DNA of 63,469 nt, filler included, from Saprolegnia diclina VS20 (Eukaryota): assembly GCF_000281045.1 (NCBI RefSeq). It is 5 parts of 2 records of this genome, joined end to end, with 100 filler letters (N's around TTAATTAATTAA, not from the genome) between each part and the next. Parts side by side here need not be neighbours in the genome. Positions count along the whole stretch, not along the records: positions 1 to 29,147 come from NW_008246075.1; 4 more parts are not named here. One strand, 5' to 3'. Both the position numbers and the translations under genes were made by a program. A model generated the notes under the pieces. It made no database searches. It was not told where the DNA came from and saw only the letters and a program-made list of their open reading frames with translations. Shown here piece after piece: positions 1 through 12,630 of the stretch. Each line of letters opens with the position of its first letter. Within the stretch, counting starts at the first letter, position 1.

Positions 1-335
1 TGAATTGTTTCGAGTTTCTCGTATTCTCCATTAAACTCTTTTCGAGGGTTTTGTCGTCATTGAAGATGTTGGTCGATGCTGACACGTATGTATTCACTAC
101 GGTGCTGAACAGGTCTTGGGAAGACCGAAGAGTGGTGCGAGACGGTAGCCAGGTTTGGCTCACGACACGGGCAGCGCTGGCCTGAAAGAGGTAGCCGCGG
201 GGCATTCGCCTTGACGCAAGCTCTTGATGATGGTGCGAGTAAGACACATCGCCAAAACGTTCAGCGGCGATTGTTGAAGGTGCTGCTTGGTCAAGTTCTC
301 GGCCTTGAAATACCTGGTACAAGCGGACGACCAAA

Positions 336-432
336 CGCCCTCAGCTTTGACGTACCGGCCAAACCTCACGAGCGCTATTTAGGAAGTCCACCATCTTCAC
401 TATAATTGCATGTCAACTCATTTCAACAACAG
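336..432. repeat. ~95 bp dispersed repeat, copy 1 (copy 2 at 20067-20165)
   Basis: cgccctcagct(t)tgacgtaccggccaaacctcacgagcgc...aggaagtccaccatcttcactata...attgcatgt...aactcatttcaacaacag is present at both loci in the same orientation with a few indels. Confidence 0.9.
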
Positions 433-890
433 GCGGACGCCTCGCGACGCAGTTGTTTCGCTGAAGCTTGCGCAGCTGCTTGAATCTCGTCCGCGGCGCT
501 GAGTAGCTGTGTCCAGTAAGACTGCCCATGCGAGTGCGACCTGTAGTAGCTTGGCACCCAGCCCCACGGCTTGCCCACGCGACCTCGGGTTCAACGCGCT
601 AAACCCGACGCATAATAAAACGCGCGAGCAGGCTAAAGGCAATCGGACGCGTTTGTAACGCGCCATATGTCCCGCAATGCTGGCAATCGGACGGCCACGA
701 GCGTTCCACCTACGACCCCAACTTTAAACGCCTTTTGCAAGCGCCGTTTGCCATCTCACGACGACGCTAAAGACGCGCATCCACGATACGTGGGGCGTCC
801 GTGTCCATGCTGACGCTGATTGGGTGCAAGAAGCCTCTTCTTTGCAAGTTCAAACTAAAATGGTTGAATAAATTAATAAAAATTTCTGGT

Positions 891-1745
891 CTACGCAAAC
901 AAGGGCGACGCCACGTACGGGTGCCGCACAACGTCGGCCATTGTCATGCGCTGCGTCGGATCGATGATGAGCATATTCTCGAGCAAGTCGAGCGCTTGCA
1001 TGGGCACGAGCCGCTGGACGCGCCACGCCTTGACCATCGCGCGAAGACCGTGCGTCTGAATGTAGGCAAAAATCCGGTCGGAAATTGCAGCCTTCTCCAC
1101 CAATGGCAAGCCCGTGTGCATCATGTAGAGAAGGACGCCAAGCGCCCACACGTCGGCGGCCATCGGGTCGTAGCCGTCGTCGCTGTACATCTCGGGCGCC
1201 ATGTAGTAGCGCTTCCCGACCGGGCGCGTCTCTCGCTTACAGTCGATGCTGGCAAGGCCAAAGTCGCAGATCTTGCAGTCGCCGACGTCGTCGACGAGGA
1301 TGTTTTCGAGCGAAATGTCCCGGTGGGCAAGGCCGCACTCGTTGTGCAGAAATGCCACGCCATGAGCAATCTGGTCAAAGTAGCGCTGGGCGTCGTCCCA
1401 GTAGAAGAGCTCACGCGGACTGTTCTGGAGCATCTCAAAGAGGTCGCCTTGGACGCAGTACTCGAGCACGAGATGCACATAGCCGTCTTCGGTGAAGCTG
1501 TCGACGAGACCGACGATTGCATTTGCGCCCTTCTTTGCCGTCGACGTCGTCGCGCACTGGATCAACGCGTACGCCTGGAGCTCCTTCTCAATGCCGTTCT
1601 CGCTCGCCTCGTCGTCGTTCGTCTCGAGCATGCGCGTGTTCATTTGCTTGATGATGTACTGGACGTTGGAGGCTTTGGCGGTGCAGAGAAGGAGGTCCCC
1701 GTACAGGCCGTGGATCAACACTTGGTCGATCGTAAACTCGTTCAT
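891..1745 (-). CDS. CAMK-like Ser/Thr protein kinase (284 aa, intronless), array member 1
   Basis: Motifs YIIK, HLVLEYC, HRDISLEN, DFG, YYMAPE and DVWALG. ATG chosen at 1745 (MNEF) to match the paralogues and because an initiator motif lies just upstream. Confidence 0.93.
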   Translation of the reverse strand: MNEFTIDQVLIHGLYGDLLLCTAKASNVQYIIKQMNTRMLETNDDEASENGIEKELQAYALIQCATTSTAKKGANAIVGLVDSFTEDGYVHLVLEYCVQGDLFEMLQNSPRELFYWDDAQRYFDQIAHGVAFLHNECGLAHRDISLENILVDDVGDCKICDFGLASIDCKRETRPVGKRYYMAPEMYSDDGYDPMAADVWALGVLLYMMHTGLPLVEKAAISDRIFAYIQTHGLRAMVKAWRVQRLVPMQALDLLENMLIIDPTQRMTMADVVRHPYVASPLFA

Positions 1746-1765
1746 GATGGTGGTGGCGGCTGCGC

Positions 1766-1782
1766 GAATCGGAAAATGAGCC
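1766..1782 (-). promoter_or_regulatory. Oomycete initiator/FPR-like core promoter of kinase 1
   Basis: Minus strand GGCTCATTTTCCGATTC about 20 nt upstream of the ATG resembles the GCTCATTYYNCAWTTT consensus. A similar site (GCTCATTTTCTGATTT, ~8448-8464) precedes kinase 4. Confidence 0.65.
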
Positions 1783-2688
1783 AACGCCGTTGTTGCCTCA
1801 AAGAAAGGGACACGGCTTACAGTGTATGAGTTGACTGTGAAAGTTTTGCTGGATGCAGCTGGATTCGCAGCGAGAAGAAAGGCAACGGTCACGAGGGGCC
1901 CTTTGATTGGATGCAACCCGAGGCCCGCGCGATTGGATTGGCCAACGACTTTGCCCTTTCAGTCTGCGACATGTTTACCGTCATTCCTAGCGCTGTCCTG
2001 TCCGTTCATGGGCGAGAACGGAATCTCTGGCCAACACGTTGGATTTGCCCAAGGCCTCTACGTACGTGTACTACGCTTAGCAGTACACGACGAGGAGAGT
2101 AGCGTCTGCGAAGCGACGACGTCGACGCCATTGTTGACGTGTCGCGGTGGATGGCCGCACGTTCTATCCTGCGATTCGGGTCGTCGCACGCACCAAGACG
2201 GGTGATGGTTCATGGACAACCTCCGCGTCACACAACCAAGGTCAATGGCGACACGATAGGTAGTGATCACGACCTCCCTTTGGCTTGGCGTCTCGCTGGT
2301 TCGGCGTCAGCAGCCGCGCGATCAAGTACTCACGAGTAGCGACTGATGCCCAACCTGGTACATCGCGGTCGAGCTCTACGGTAGAAGCTCAAAGCACGTC
2401 GCAGCGGCGGTAGCAAAACGACATGACTGCAATGCGACGTTGCGTGTCGACTGCGGCTCGTGTAAACGTGCTTGTTGATGCCAGCGTGTGGATGCAGCGA
2501 GTGTCAATGAACCACCCATGGATCGGTTGCAGCTGAAGGTCCTTCAACTCTACTTGCCTAAGAGAATTGTGTGCCAAGAGAGACGCAGCAGCTGCGCCAC
2601 AGAAGCGGCGGCGGCATCCCGAAGCCAAGCAAAAGCTACTCGTTGAGATGCGAAACGCGAAAAATCAATTAAATAGTAGAGAGGCAGG

Positions 2689-3531
2689 TTACAGGACGAC
2701 GGGCGACGTCACATACGGGTGTGCGAGCACCATGTCGAGCGTCACGCGACGGGTCGGGTCGACGGTCAAGAGCAGCTCGAGGAGCTCGAGCGCGACGGGC
2801 GGCAAGAGGTGGTCGAGTTGCCACGACCGGATCACGCCGTAGACGCCGTACTGCTTGACGTACTGGAAAATCGTATTGTCATCGCGCGCGCGCTCCAGCA
2901 GTGGCAGGCCCGTGTGCATCATAAAGAGGAGGATGCCGAGGCACCACACGTCGACCTTGGTCGGGTCGTACCCGCCGCCCGTATACATCTCGGGCGCCAT
3001 GTAGTACGTCTTGCCAACGGCCGCAAATTCAAAGTCCTTGACAGGCACTTGGACCGCGAGCCCAAAATCGCAGAGCTTGCAGTCGCCGTTCTTGTCGAGG
3101 AGGACGTTCTCGAGCGAAATATCGCGGTGTGCAAACCCGTTGCTGTGGAGATACCGGAGGCCGCGCACGATCTGGCCAAAGTAGCGCTGGGCGTCAACAG
3201 GCTGGAAGCGGCCATTCGGCGATGCTTTCAGTGCATCAAAGAGCTCACCGCGCGGGCAGTACTCGAGCACCAAGTGGTCGCAGCCGTCCTCCTCGAACGC
3301 ATCGAGGAGCCGCAGTACAAATTCGGCGCCGGCGGACGGCGACGCGCGGTACAATGTGTGGTACGTGAGCTTCTCCATGCCAATGCTCTCGTGGATCGTC
3401 GGCGACTTGACGACGGTCTTGGCATCGAGGCGCTTGATGACGACCTTGGCCTTGGTCGCCTTGTGCGTGCAGAGCAGAATCTGGCCGTAAATGGCCGGCG
3501 CAATGATCCGGTCGATGCTGTACGCGTTCAT
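2689..3531 (-). CDS. CAMK-like Ser/Thr protein kinase (280 aa, intronless), array member 2
   Basis: Motifs VVIK, HLVLEYC, HRDISLEN, DFG, YYMAPE and DVWCLG. Clear paralogue of 891-1745. Confidence 0.93.
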   Translation of the reverse strand: MNAYSIDRIIAPAIYGQILLCTHKATKAKVVIKRLDAKTVVKSPTIHESIGMEKLTYHTLYRASPSAGAEFVLRLLDAFEEDGCDHLVLEYCPRGELFDALKASPNGRFQPVDAQRYFGQIVRGLRYLHSNGFAHRDISLENVLLDKNGDCKLCDFGLAVQVPVKDFEFAAVGKTYYMAPEMYTGGGYDPTKVDVWCLGILLFMMHTGLPLLERARDDNTIFQYVKQYGVYGVIRSWQLDHLLPPVALELLELLLTVDPTRRVTLDMVLAHPYVTSPVVL

Positions 3532-6046
3532 GCTCACGAGCAACTAGTTCTTAGACCACCGGCAAATTCGTAAGTGCAAACTGCGATCCCATGTTTCTTT
3601 GCACGCAAGGTGCCCCCATTACGCACTGCGGAGGTGTGTGTTTTCTACGCCCGCGGCAAAGAATGTTCGATGCGACCACCTGGGTTTTAAACACATTCGC
3701 TCGGTTTGTCCCGTTTGTCCCGTTTCCCCCATCTCTGGACGCGCCACTTGATTGACGACCGGGGACGCTATCCAAAAGGAATCGGTGGGGGCGTTGCAAG
3801 GCGAACAGCGCGGCGAGTGCAAGGTAGACTACATGCATGCTTATACTACGTTCTGAGACGATGCGATCAAGAATACATTGTGGAGGGGCCATGCAACACA
3901 CGCTGCGAGTGTTATGCAAGCATGTTGCAAGCAGAGTCAGAGAAGGAAGACGAAGTCTCTGGTCGTTGCCGTAGGACGAAGAGAGCCGTGTGTGTGGACG
4001 AGAATGGTTGGTGACACGGCCCGCGACAGGTCCAGTCGATCGGTTGCACTTGATGGCTGCGGCGTCCGCGCCACCGCCAAGCTCCAAAGTACCGAAAGAC
4101 TGCGTGTTTATAGAAAGAAAGTGTAGCAAGCGTAGACAACCACTCTGCGAGACGATATGGATATCGGGTGATGGTGTTGCAACGCTCGGAAGCACGGCAG
4201 CCGCCAGAACGACCACCACCAGTGGCATTTCGCACACCGACCAAGCTCCGGCGCTTTGCCTCTTTGACGAACGAGTTTCGTACCTGTGCTATTGAAAGAG
4301 ACATGTCAATGAAGGGAGCAGTCAATGTGATCGAATACACGGTGTTTATTGATGCAACCTTTGGCGTCGATGCAGCTCAAGTGCACGTTTGTGCGTCGGG
4401 TGGACTGAGATGCTGGTCCATGATTGGGACAAACCCTATGTAAATCCCAGACGTGCGGGAAACGCGCACTGTTTAAAACACGCTTTGCCTCAGGAATATT
4501 TGGCCCACTCTGGATCTTTGGGCCGCCAAATGCCGACATGTGATTGGTGCAATTCGAAGCGCCGGTTTCTGATTGGCAAAGACGGGCAAATCGGATGCCA
4601 GCACGAGCGCTGCGCCTGACACGGCAGGCCACCGCACCAACTCGACGGCAGCGAGGTCGCATATCGTAGAGTAACATCAACGACAACTCGATCACTCTCG
4701 TAATACCTCAGTGTATTCCATCGTGTCGCTGGTAATCTCCAGCCGCGTGGTCGAGAAATATGGATAAATCAAAAAGGCGGCGGAGAATGTCAACTTGTCA
4801 GGCTTGCGAGCGTCCGCGGGCATAGCCGGGTTGTTCAACGCACGATGCAGCACAGGCCGCTCGATTCGAGCTCGTTGGCATTGAGTATGCTTCCGCGACA
4901 ACTCTTTGCTGTGCGATGGCGGTCCCACCTTGGCGTATGAGACGCCGACGTCATAGACAGGGTCCACCGCAGGCATATATCGCTTTCGCCCGACGCGCGC
5001 GATCGCCTTTGCACTGGAAATCTCTGCGCACCCATTCTCGATATATCGTACAACGAGCGAAGATGCCCAACTGCTCGCGATGCGGTGTGTCACCGTGGGC
5101 GCGCCGTTGGTGCCCTTCACCGTCGTCATGACGCTACCAATGCGGCGGATGCAAGGAAATGGGTGTCGCTCGTTCGAGATGGCGCTTGTTGCCGCCGTGT
5201 AATATGCTGCAACGTTTTGATCTAGTTTGCAAGCGATGCCCCGGGTCCAGAATGTGTGCGCGCCTCCTCGCTTGCCACGTCATTCGGTATAAAGACATGC
5301 GGCGGTGGTGGCGTGTCTTTGACCAACGTGGGACTCACACCGCAGTCGTACCCTCTGGCGATTGCCACTTGCTGCGCTTGGTCGCCATACTAGACACTGT
5401 ACTCTATACGATACTGCATTTGTAGTATCCAGAGAAATTGCGTCAGATAAGGAAGTGCACCTGGAACGCGGGCGCATCGTCGTCAGCGCAAACGACTGCC
5501 TTTCAAGCTGACACAAGCGCACGCACGACCGACCTCGCTCGAACGACCTTCGACGAACGAACTCGCGACTCCGCGATCGCAATCCAGCGACGCACGCTAG
5601 GAAGTGGACCGGTATATCGTGGCGTCAGCACCGGCATGGTCAACTTACGGCGCCAGGACGAATGGCGCCGCGACCACGTCGTTTCAGTTTTCCATGCATT
5701 CCCAACGACCAAGCCACTGCACGCGTGGCAAAGGTGCCCACTTCCTCAGCCTGCATAAAACAAGATCGCAACTGAAATCTATTCATCTAGTGAGTTGTTT
5801 TCAGGATATGTGCCATTCTAGGAACATACTCTGAGCGTACGAGTAGGTCGCTTGACAAAGTTACATAGTATAGCGTTTCGAGTCTCGAGTAGCAAACGTT
5901 CGAGCCAAAGCGCTCATGCATCCAGTAGTTTGCGAGGTGCGTGCACGGCCTGTGGCGAAATGACGCGCGTCTTTTACGCAAAGGACTGGGCGACGCGGTA
6001 AGCGATGCAGTAGCTCGCTTCATCGAAAGACCGAGTTTCATGCCTG

Positions 6047-6909
6047 NNNNNNNNNNNNNNNNNNNNNNNNNNNNNNNNNNNNNNNNNNNNNNNNNNNNNN
6101 NNNNNNNNNNNNNNNNNNNNNNNNNNNNNNNNNNNNNNNNNNNNNNNNNNNNNNNNNNNNNNNNNNNNNNNNNNNNNNNNNNNNNNNNNNNNNNNNNNNN
6201 NNNNNNNNNNNNNNNNNNNNNNNNNNNNNNNNNNNNNNNNNNNNNNNNNNNNNNNNNNNNNNNNNNNNNNNNNNNNNNNNNNNNNNNNNNNNNNNNNNNN
6301 NNNNNNNNNNNNNNNNNNNNNNNNNNNNNNNNNNNNNNNNNNNNNNNNNNNNNNNNNNNNNNNNNNNNNNNNNNNNNNNNNNNNNNNNNNNNNNNNNNNN
6401 NNNNNNNNNNNNNNNNNNNNNNNNNNNNNNNNNNNNNNNNNNNNNNNNNNNNNNNNNNNNNNNNNNNNNNNNNNNNNNNNNNNNNNNNNNNNNNNNNNNN
6501 NNNNNNNNNNNNNNNNNNNNNNNNNNNNNNNNNNNNNNNNNNNNNNNNNNNNNNNNNNNNNNNNNNNNNNNNNNNNNNNNNNNNNNNNNNNNNNNNNNNN
6601 NNNNNNNNNNNNNNNNNNNNNNNNNNNNNNNNNNNNNNNNNNNNNNNNNNNNNNNNNNNNNNNNNNNNNNNNNNNNNNNNNNNNNNNNNNNNNNNNNNNN
6701 NNNNNNNNNNNNNNNNNNNNNNNNNACGACTTGTGGCTCGACGCAAGAAGGTAGTACGCGTCGCGCTCGACCGTACCCAGCGCCTTTTCGACTGCTTCTT
6801 CTGTGCGCTTGATGACGCACGGTGCATGCGTCTGGCGGTGATGACACACGAGCACGTGGCTGCCAGCGGTCGTCTCGGTGAACAAAGTGTCGACGATGTA
6901 CTGGTCCAT
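6047..6909 (-). CDS. Probable kinase array member 3; only the N-lobe is sequenced, the rest lies in the N gap
   Basis: MDQYIVDTLFTETTAGSHVLVCHHRQTHAPCVIKR...ERDAY aligns with the N-lobe of members 1-2. Sequenced part plus gap (863 nt) matches their length. Confidence 0.65.
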
Positions 6910-7568
6910 GACAGCACGATGACTGTAAATTGTGGAATGCCTCCAGCTCGGCTCTATAAAAGCGTCCCACTGTATCAGGCTTTGAGAAGAAAGGTCGTGA
7001 ACCCCATCACAATGACACGGAATTCTGGCTCCTGTACCGGTGGTCCATGAAGCTTGCAGCTCCTTTAAGCTACTGCAAAATGAGTCCGTCGGGACGTGCG
7101 ACATGGTCAAGAAGCCAAAGCGTCGACGCCGCGTTCGTAAAGGAAGGCTTGGCAGATGAGCGGCTCGGGACATGCCGCGGCTGGTCGGAAGCACCCTCTC
7201 TCGTCTGCGAAACACTGCCTCATGTCATGTCGAGCACGTCCTTGATGACTTTACGAAGCAAAACGGGATTCCCAAATATGGAACCCTCGCCACATTGCTC
7301 CTGCTCGCGATCCTTATCCGCATTATCCGGATATACGGCCGTATGGTGCTGCCACGTCAAGCACATGGCACGGGCAATAGGTACTTTTTCGAAGCCGACG
7401 ACGCCACCGTGATGTGCGCTCCCACTCTCGCTATGGCTTTTGCTCGTATGTGTTGGGGTCGTCTTCAACAAGGTGCGTCCGAGCGCCACCATCGGGAAAG
7501 GCAGCGCAGCCGCGTGCCATCACGTCGTGCCTCGCTGCCACGTCATGTTATCCGGATGCCTCGATACA

Positions 7569-8432
7569 NNNNNNNNNNNNNNNNNNNNNNNNNNNNNNNN
7601 NNNNNNNNNNNNNNNNNNNNNNNNNNNNNNNNNNNNNNNNNNNNNNNNNNNNNNNNNNNNNNNNNNNNNNNNNNNNNNNNNNNNNNNNNNNNNNNNNNNN
7701 NNNNNNNNNNNNNNNNNNNNNNNNNNNNNNNNNNNNNNNNNNNNNNNNNNNNNNNNNNNNNNNNNNNNNNNNNNNNNNNNNNNNNNNNNNNNNNNNNNNN
7801 NNNNNNNNNNNNNNNNNNNNNNNNNNNNNNNNNNNNNNNNNNNNNNNNNNNNNNNNNNNNNNNNNNNNNNNNNNNNNNNNNNNNNNNNNNNNNNNNNNNN
7901 NNNNNNNNNNNNNNNNNNNNNNNNNNNNNNNNNNNNNNNNNNNNNNNNNNNNNNNNNNNNNNNNNNNNNNNNNNNNNNNNNNNNNNNNNNNNNNNNNNNN
8001 NNNNNNNNNNNNNNNNNNNNNNNNNNNNNNNNNNNNNNNNNNNNNNNNNNNNNNNNNNNNNNNNNNNNNNNNNNNNNNNNNNNNNNNNNNNNNNNNNNNN
8101 NNNNNNNNNNNNNNNNNNNNNNNNNNNNNNNNNNNNNNNNNNNNNNNNNNNNNNNNNNNNNNNNNNNNNNNNNNNNNNNNNNNNNNNNNNNNNNNNNNNN
8201 NNNNNNNNNNNNNNNNNNNNNNNNNNNNNNNNNNNNNNNNNNNAGACGACTTGTGGTTGGGCGACTGCAACGCGCGGTAGGCTTGCATTTCGCTGATGAG
8301 GCTCGCCTTCGTGTCGCGCGAAATGGCTGTGCGCTTGATGGCGTACGTTGCTGCGTTCGAGAGGCGTACGCAGCGCAAGACGCTGCCGTCCTTGGCGCCG
8401 GCGAGCGTCGCCAGTACACTGTACATGTCCAT
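7569..8432 (-). CDS. Probable kinase array member 4; only the N-lobe is sequenced, the rest lies in the N gap
   Basis: MDMYSVLATLAGAKDGSVLRCVRLSNAATYAIKR...EMQAYRAL shows the AIK lysine and alpha-C Glu. Sequenced part plus gap is 864 nt. Confidence 0.7.
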
Positions 8433-9447
8433 GTTGCTCGGGTCGGGAAATCAGAAAATGAGCCGCAGTGGGACCGGCACGCGATCTTCTTTCTCCATCT
8501 TTTGCAGGTGCTATGGACGCGCTTCAACCCACCCACCCAACGGGCGGTGATCCGAAAAATTACCAGCGCTCTCGGCGAGATTGGTCCAGTCGTTCGGTCC
8601 TCGATCCAGCAGAAGAATGGCGCGCGTTTCTGTGTTGGGATTGGCCAGCTCGGGATCTTTATCCGTCGATTCCGGATACCGATGGCCATAACTTCAACAA
8701 CCCAAAGTTTGAACCCGACAGGCGCATGGCGATCTTTTTCGAAAGTCTTTGGTCGACGCTAAGACACGGAAGCGAGAAGGACTGCAACCGATTCTTGATG
8801 CGCGTGGGAGCAAGTGCCGTCGTTCGAATCCTTTTCCGAAGCACCAGCATACCCGACGCCACGATCAATCTGCTTGACGCCACAAGATCCAGAAGAGCGA
8901 AGGGCATCGCCGCACCTAACACTCTCGAGTAGCAAGTAGAGTGTCGTCGGAGCAGCGCGGAAGCTAAGCAAACGCAACCACCCGTGCGCCGTGTCGCATG
9001 TGGCACATGGTTTTCCTGACGCGATGCGCACCGTCTGCGCCGAGGTCGAGGCACGCCGGTCGCCGTCACCGCACGGTGCGTGGTGAGTGTGGATCTCTCG
9101 TCCGTGCGAGAACGAACGTAGTCTTCTTCTGCCGTCGACTTTGCACTTCTGGTTTACGCTTCTCAGAAGAGTGTGGCGGATCGTACTCGCGCTATTCTAG
9201 CAGGCAGCTACTGGTACTAGTTACTTGAACAAGATGCCAGAAGCCGGGGATCCTAGGCTCAGAAATGACAGGGTCGTCGCGCATTGAACGTCCCATTTTC
9301 TCGTCAACCCGCGGCTCAGACTCGCCACCCGACCCAAAACGCTTCTATAAAGAACGCTGCTGCCTCGTAAAAGACAGCATCCAAGAATAAAAGAACATAA
9401 AAGACACTGGTTGAATATCCGGATCCGGATACGGCACCCACACCATA

Positions 9448-11130
9448 ATGCCCCGCGAGCTCATCACGATCCAGGTCGGGCAATGCGGCAACCAGATCGG
9501 CCGCCAGTTCTGGAAGATGGCGCTGGACGAGCATGCCAAGGTACGCGGTCATGGCGCTGCGCTCATGTGCTCAGCGGATGCTAGCATGCCAAGGACGCCC
9601 GCTTTGACGACAGCATGAGCACCTTCTTCCGCAACGTCGACAGCCATGGCGGCGACCTTCCGCCCCACGAACGCATCAAGGGCCTCCGCGCCCGCGCGCT
9701 CCTTATCGACATGGAGGAAGGGCCCGTGACCGAGACGCTGCATGGCCCACTTGGCGAGCTCTTTGACTCGTCCCAGTTTCTCACCGACGTCTCGGGCTCG
9801 GGCAACAATTGGGGTCCACCACCATCCATGACGACAAGAGGAACATCATGACAATGGAATAGCGCATGGGTATGCGCTCTATGGGCCACAGTACAAGGAG
9901 CAGCTTTTCGAGAAGCTCCAGCATGCCACCGAGCTCTGCGGTACGTCGGCCGTCCAACTAACGACGATGCCGAGTTCTTATGCGTCACATAGACTCCCTC
10001 CAGTCGTTCTTCGTGCTGCATTCGATGGGCGGCGGGACGGGCTCGGGCCTCGGCACGTACATTTTGAGCTTGCTCGAAGATCACTACCCCGAAGCCTACC
10101 GCTTCACGACCGGTCGACACGGTTGTGCTGTCAACCGCCGCTGACGTCTTGTCTCGTGTAGCCATCTTTCCCTCGGAAGACGACGATGTCATTACGTCGC
10201 CATACAACAGGTAGCACACGGTTCTCATACGCTGCCGAACGCGATAGCGTCTCTGTAGCATGCTAGCGCTGCACCAGCTCACCGAGCACGCCGACTGCGT
10301 CTTGCCGATCGAGAACGAAGCACTTTTCGCAGTACTGTTGACCGACATCGCGAGCGCTTCATTCATTTCAAGCTGCTAGAAAGTCCCGGCGCAGTCAGCG
10401 TCATCGTCGTCGTCTTCGTTTGATGCGATGAACCGCATCGTGGCGCGTGTCCTCACGCACTTGACGAGCTCGATGCGCTTCGAGGGCTCGCTCAACGTCG
10501 ACTTGAACGAGATCACGACCAACCTCGTGCCCTTTCCCAAGCTGCACTACTTGCTCTCGAGTCTCTCGCCGCTGCAGTCGAAATCGCCGGCCTATCAAAC
10601 GCACCGGCTCCGCCACCTCTTTACCGACATTTTCCACGCCCAGAACCAACTCATCATGACCAGTCCCCGGACGCACGGCGTCATGCTGGCGTGCGGCCTC
10701 CTCTTCCGCGGCAACGTTCAAGTCTCGGACGTCCAGAGCCACTTGGAGAAACTCAAAGCCGAGATGCGACTCATCTACTGGAACAGAGACGGCTTCAAGA
10801 TTGGCCTGTGCAATGTCCCAAGCCTCGAGAGCGTGAAAGGGTCCCCGTCGGTCCTTGCGCTCTCCAACCACGGCTGCATCGTGTACGCCGCTCTATGGAC
10901 AGTGCGTTGGATGAATCACTGGGGTTAGGGAAACATTTGAGCGTATGCAGACGCGCTTCCTCAAGCTCTACAAGCGCAAAGCGCACATCCACCACTACCT
11001 CGAGTACATGGACCACGCCATGTTTGACGAAGCGCTCGAGTCCAACAAGTGGCTCATCGCCGAGTACACAAAGCTCAACACGGCGTCCGACATGCCCCCG
11101 ATATTGCCTCGGCGCCAGCCGCTCCTCTAA
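9448..11130 (+). CDS. TUBE1: Epsilon-tubulin, multi-exon (about 7 short introns)
   Basis: Spliced product has [53 protein letters not shown] and the epsilon-type tail [19 protein letters not shown] introns of 40-55 nt, e.g. 9541-9584. Confidence 0.9.
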
Positions 11131-11935
11131 GGCCTCGTCATCGATAGGTTGATATTTGGAAAGGTGTCTTTGCTGGCGTTTGCGATACTCCTCTTCCAGC
11201 GTACTGTATGCCGGCGATTACAGTCTGCTTGGCCAGGCGAACGCGAACGACGCTGCATCCATCAGCACCAGCAACGGGGAGCACCTGCACTTCTCTCGCT
11301 GTTGTCTCACATAACACCAAGATGGTGCGAAGCGAGATGCGATCAACCGACATATTTCTTCAAGAGACTCACCGGAGTTTTTGACCCGCCGCCACCAGCG
11401 TCGTAGGGCGACGACAGAAGAGCCAGACGAGCCCCCGCGCCGCCGCCTGCGCAGCCACGGACCGGTGAGCGAATGATGAAAAAGGAGATTGCTCGTCTCT
11501 AGGTTATGCAAAGATTTTGTGTAATTACAAAGATCACGCGAAACACGTTCATATATAAACACACCGGAGTAGACTACGGTTGATCGAACCATTGTCATAG
11601 ATGTGGCGATGGCTGACCCAAGCAGTTGCACGGACGCAGCATGGCCGCTCCCATCTCATATCTGCACCAACCTAATATGGGCGATCGTGTCTGCTGTGGT
11701 AGACACCTTGCCGGCATGGGCCTCGGGCAGCTGTATTGGTGCATTGCCAAATGCCACCACGTACGCCTTCCAACCTCAGGAGATGACAAGGCGCGGAAGA
11801 CGACGTTAAGAAATCACATGCAGCCGCGGGCAACACTGCGAGATCATGACCATGTCCGAGAGGGCTAGTTGGTATTAAGAAGGAGTGGATCTAATGGTGG
11901 TGGAACGAAGAGGGATGGCGCAAACGCATTGAGGT

Positions 11936-12630
11936 TTAACCCAAGAGGACGCGCTCGGCCGAAACAAACTTATACGGCGGGATCTCCATGTTGAGCGGCG
12001 CCGGGCCCTTGCGAATGCGGCCCGAGACGTCGTAGTGCGAGCCGTGGCACGGGCAGAACCAGCCGCCGTACTCGCCGGCGTTCGAGGCCGGCACGCAGCC
12101 CAAGTGGGTGCAGATACCAAGAATGACGAGCCACTTGGGGTCCTGGACACGCTCGGCGTCCGTCTCCTTGTGGCGGAGTTCGGCCATGCTCGTGTTGTTG
12201 CTTTCGTCAATCTCCGCGTCAGTGCGGTGCTTGATGAAGATGGGCTTGCCGCGCCACTTGACCGTGATCGTCGAGCCTTCCTCGATCGACGACAAGTCAA
12301 ACTCGGCCGTCGAGAGCGCCAACACATCGGCCGACGCCGACATGGTGCCCACAAACTTGAGCACGGCGAGGCGCGCCGCCGTAGCGTACGCGACGCGGGC
12401 GCCACCCATCATAAAGTAGGTGAACGCACGCTTCGACGGGTCGCCGACCTGCGCCTTGACCTCGTCGTCGAAGTAGTGGTCCGGCGACGAAAAGTCTTCC
12501 TTCGACGGCGCCGCCGAGAACGAGCGGGCTACATGCGCATGAGGATCGTCGTCTACCATGCATGCGGACGCGTACCGTTGAGGGGCGCGACCAACCCGCG
12601 GGCCTTCGAGGTCAAGCGGCGAGCGAGCAT
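11936..12630 (-). CDS. UQCRFS1: Cytochrome bc1 Rieske iron-sulfur subunit, one intron (~12530-12575)
   Basis: CTHLGC and CPCHGS boxes, GPAPLN, and an Arg-rich mitochondrial presequence MLARRLTSKARGL. Confidence 0.95.

Noticed and set aside
4692..5129. 145-aa minus-strand ORF and other short ORFs at 2.0-2.6, 3.6-5.9, 26.5-28.0 and 60-63.4 kb
   Set aside because: No domains or host codon bias. They may be decayed element remnants, but I could not identify any transposase or reverse transcriptase motif.
5787..8762. Long ORFs spanning N runs
   Set aside because: Their length comes from Ns translated as X. Only the two kinase N-lobes are supported.
9448..11130. Epsilon-tubulin and the K+-dependent V-PPase as novelties
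   Set aside because: Both are expected in flagellated oomycetes.
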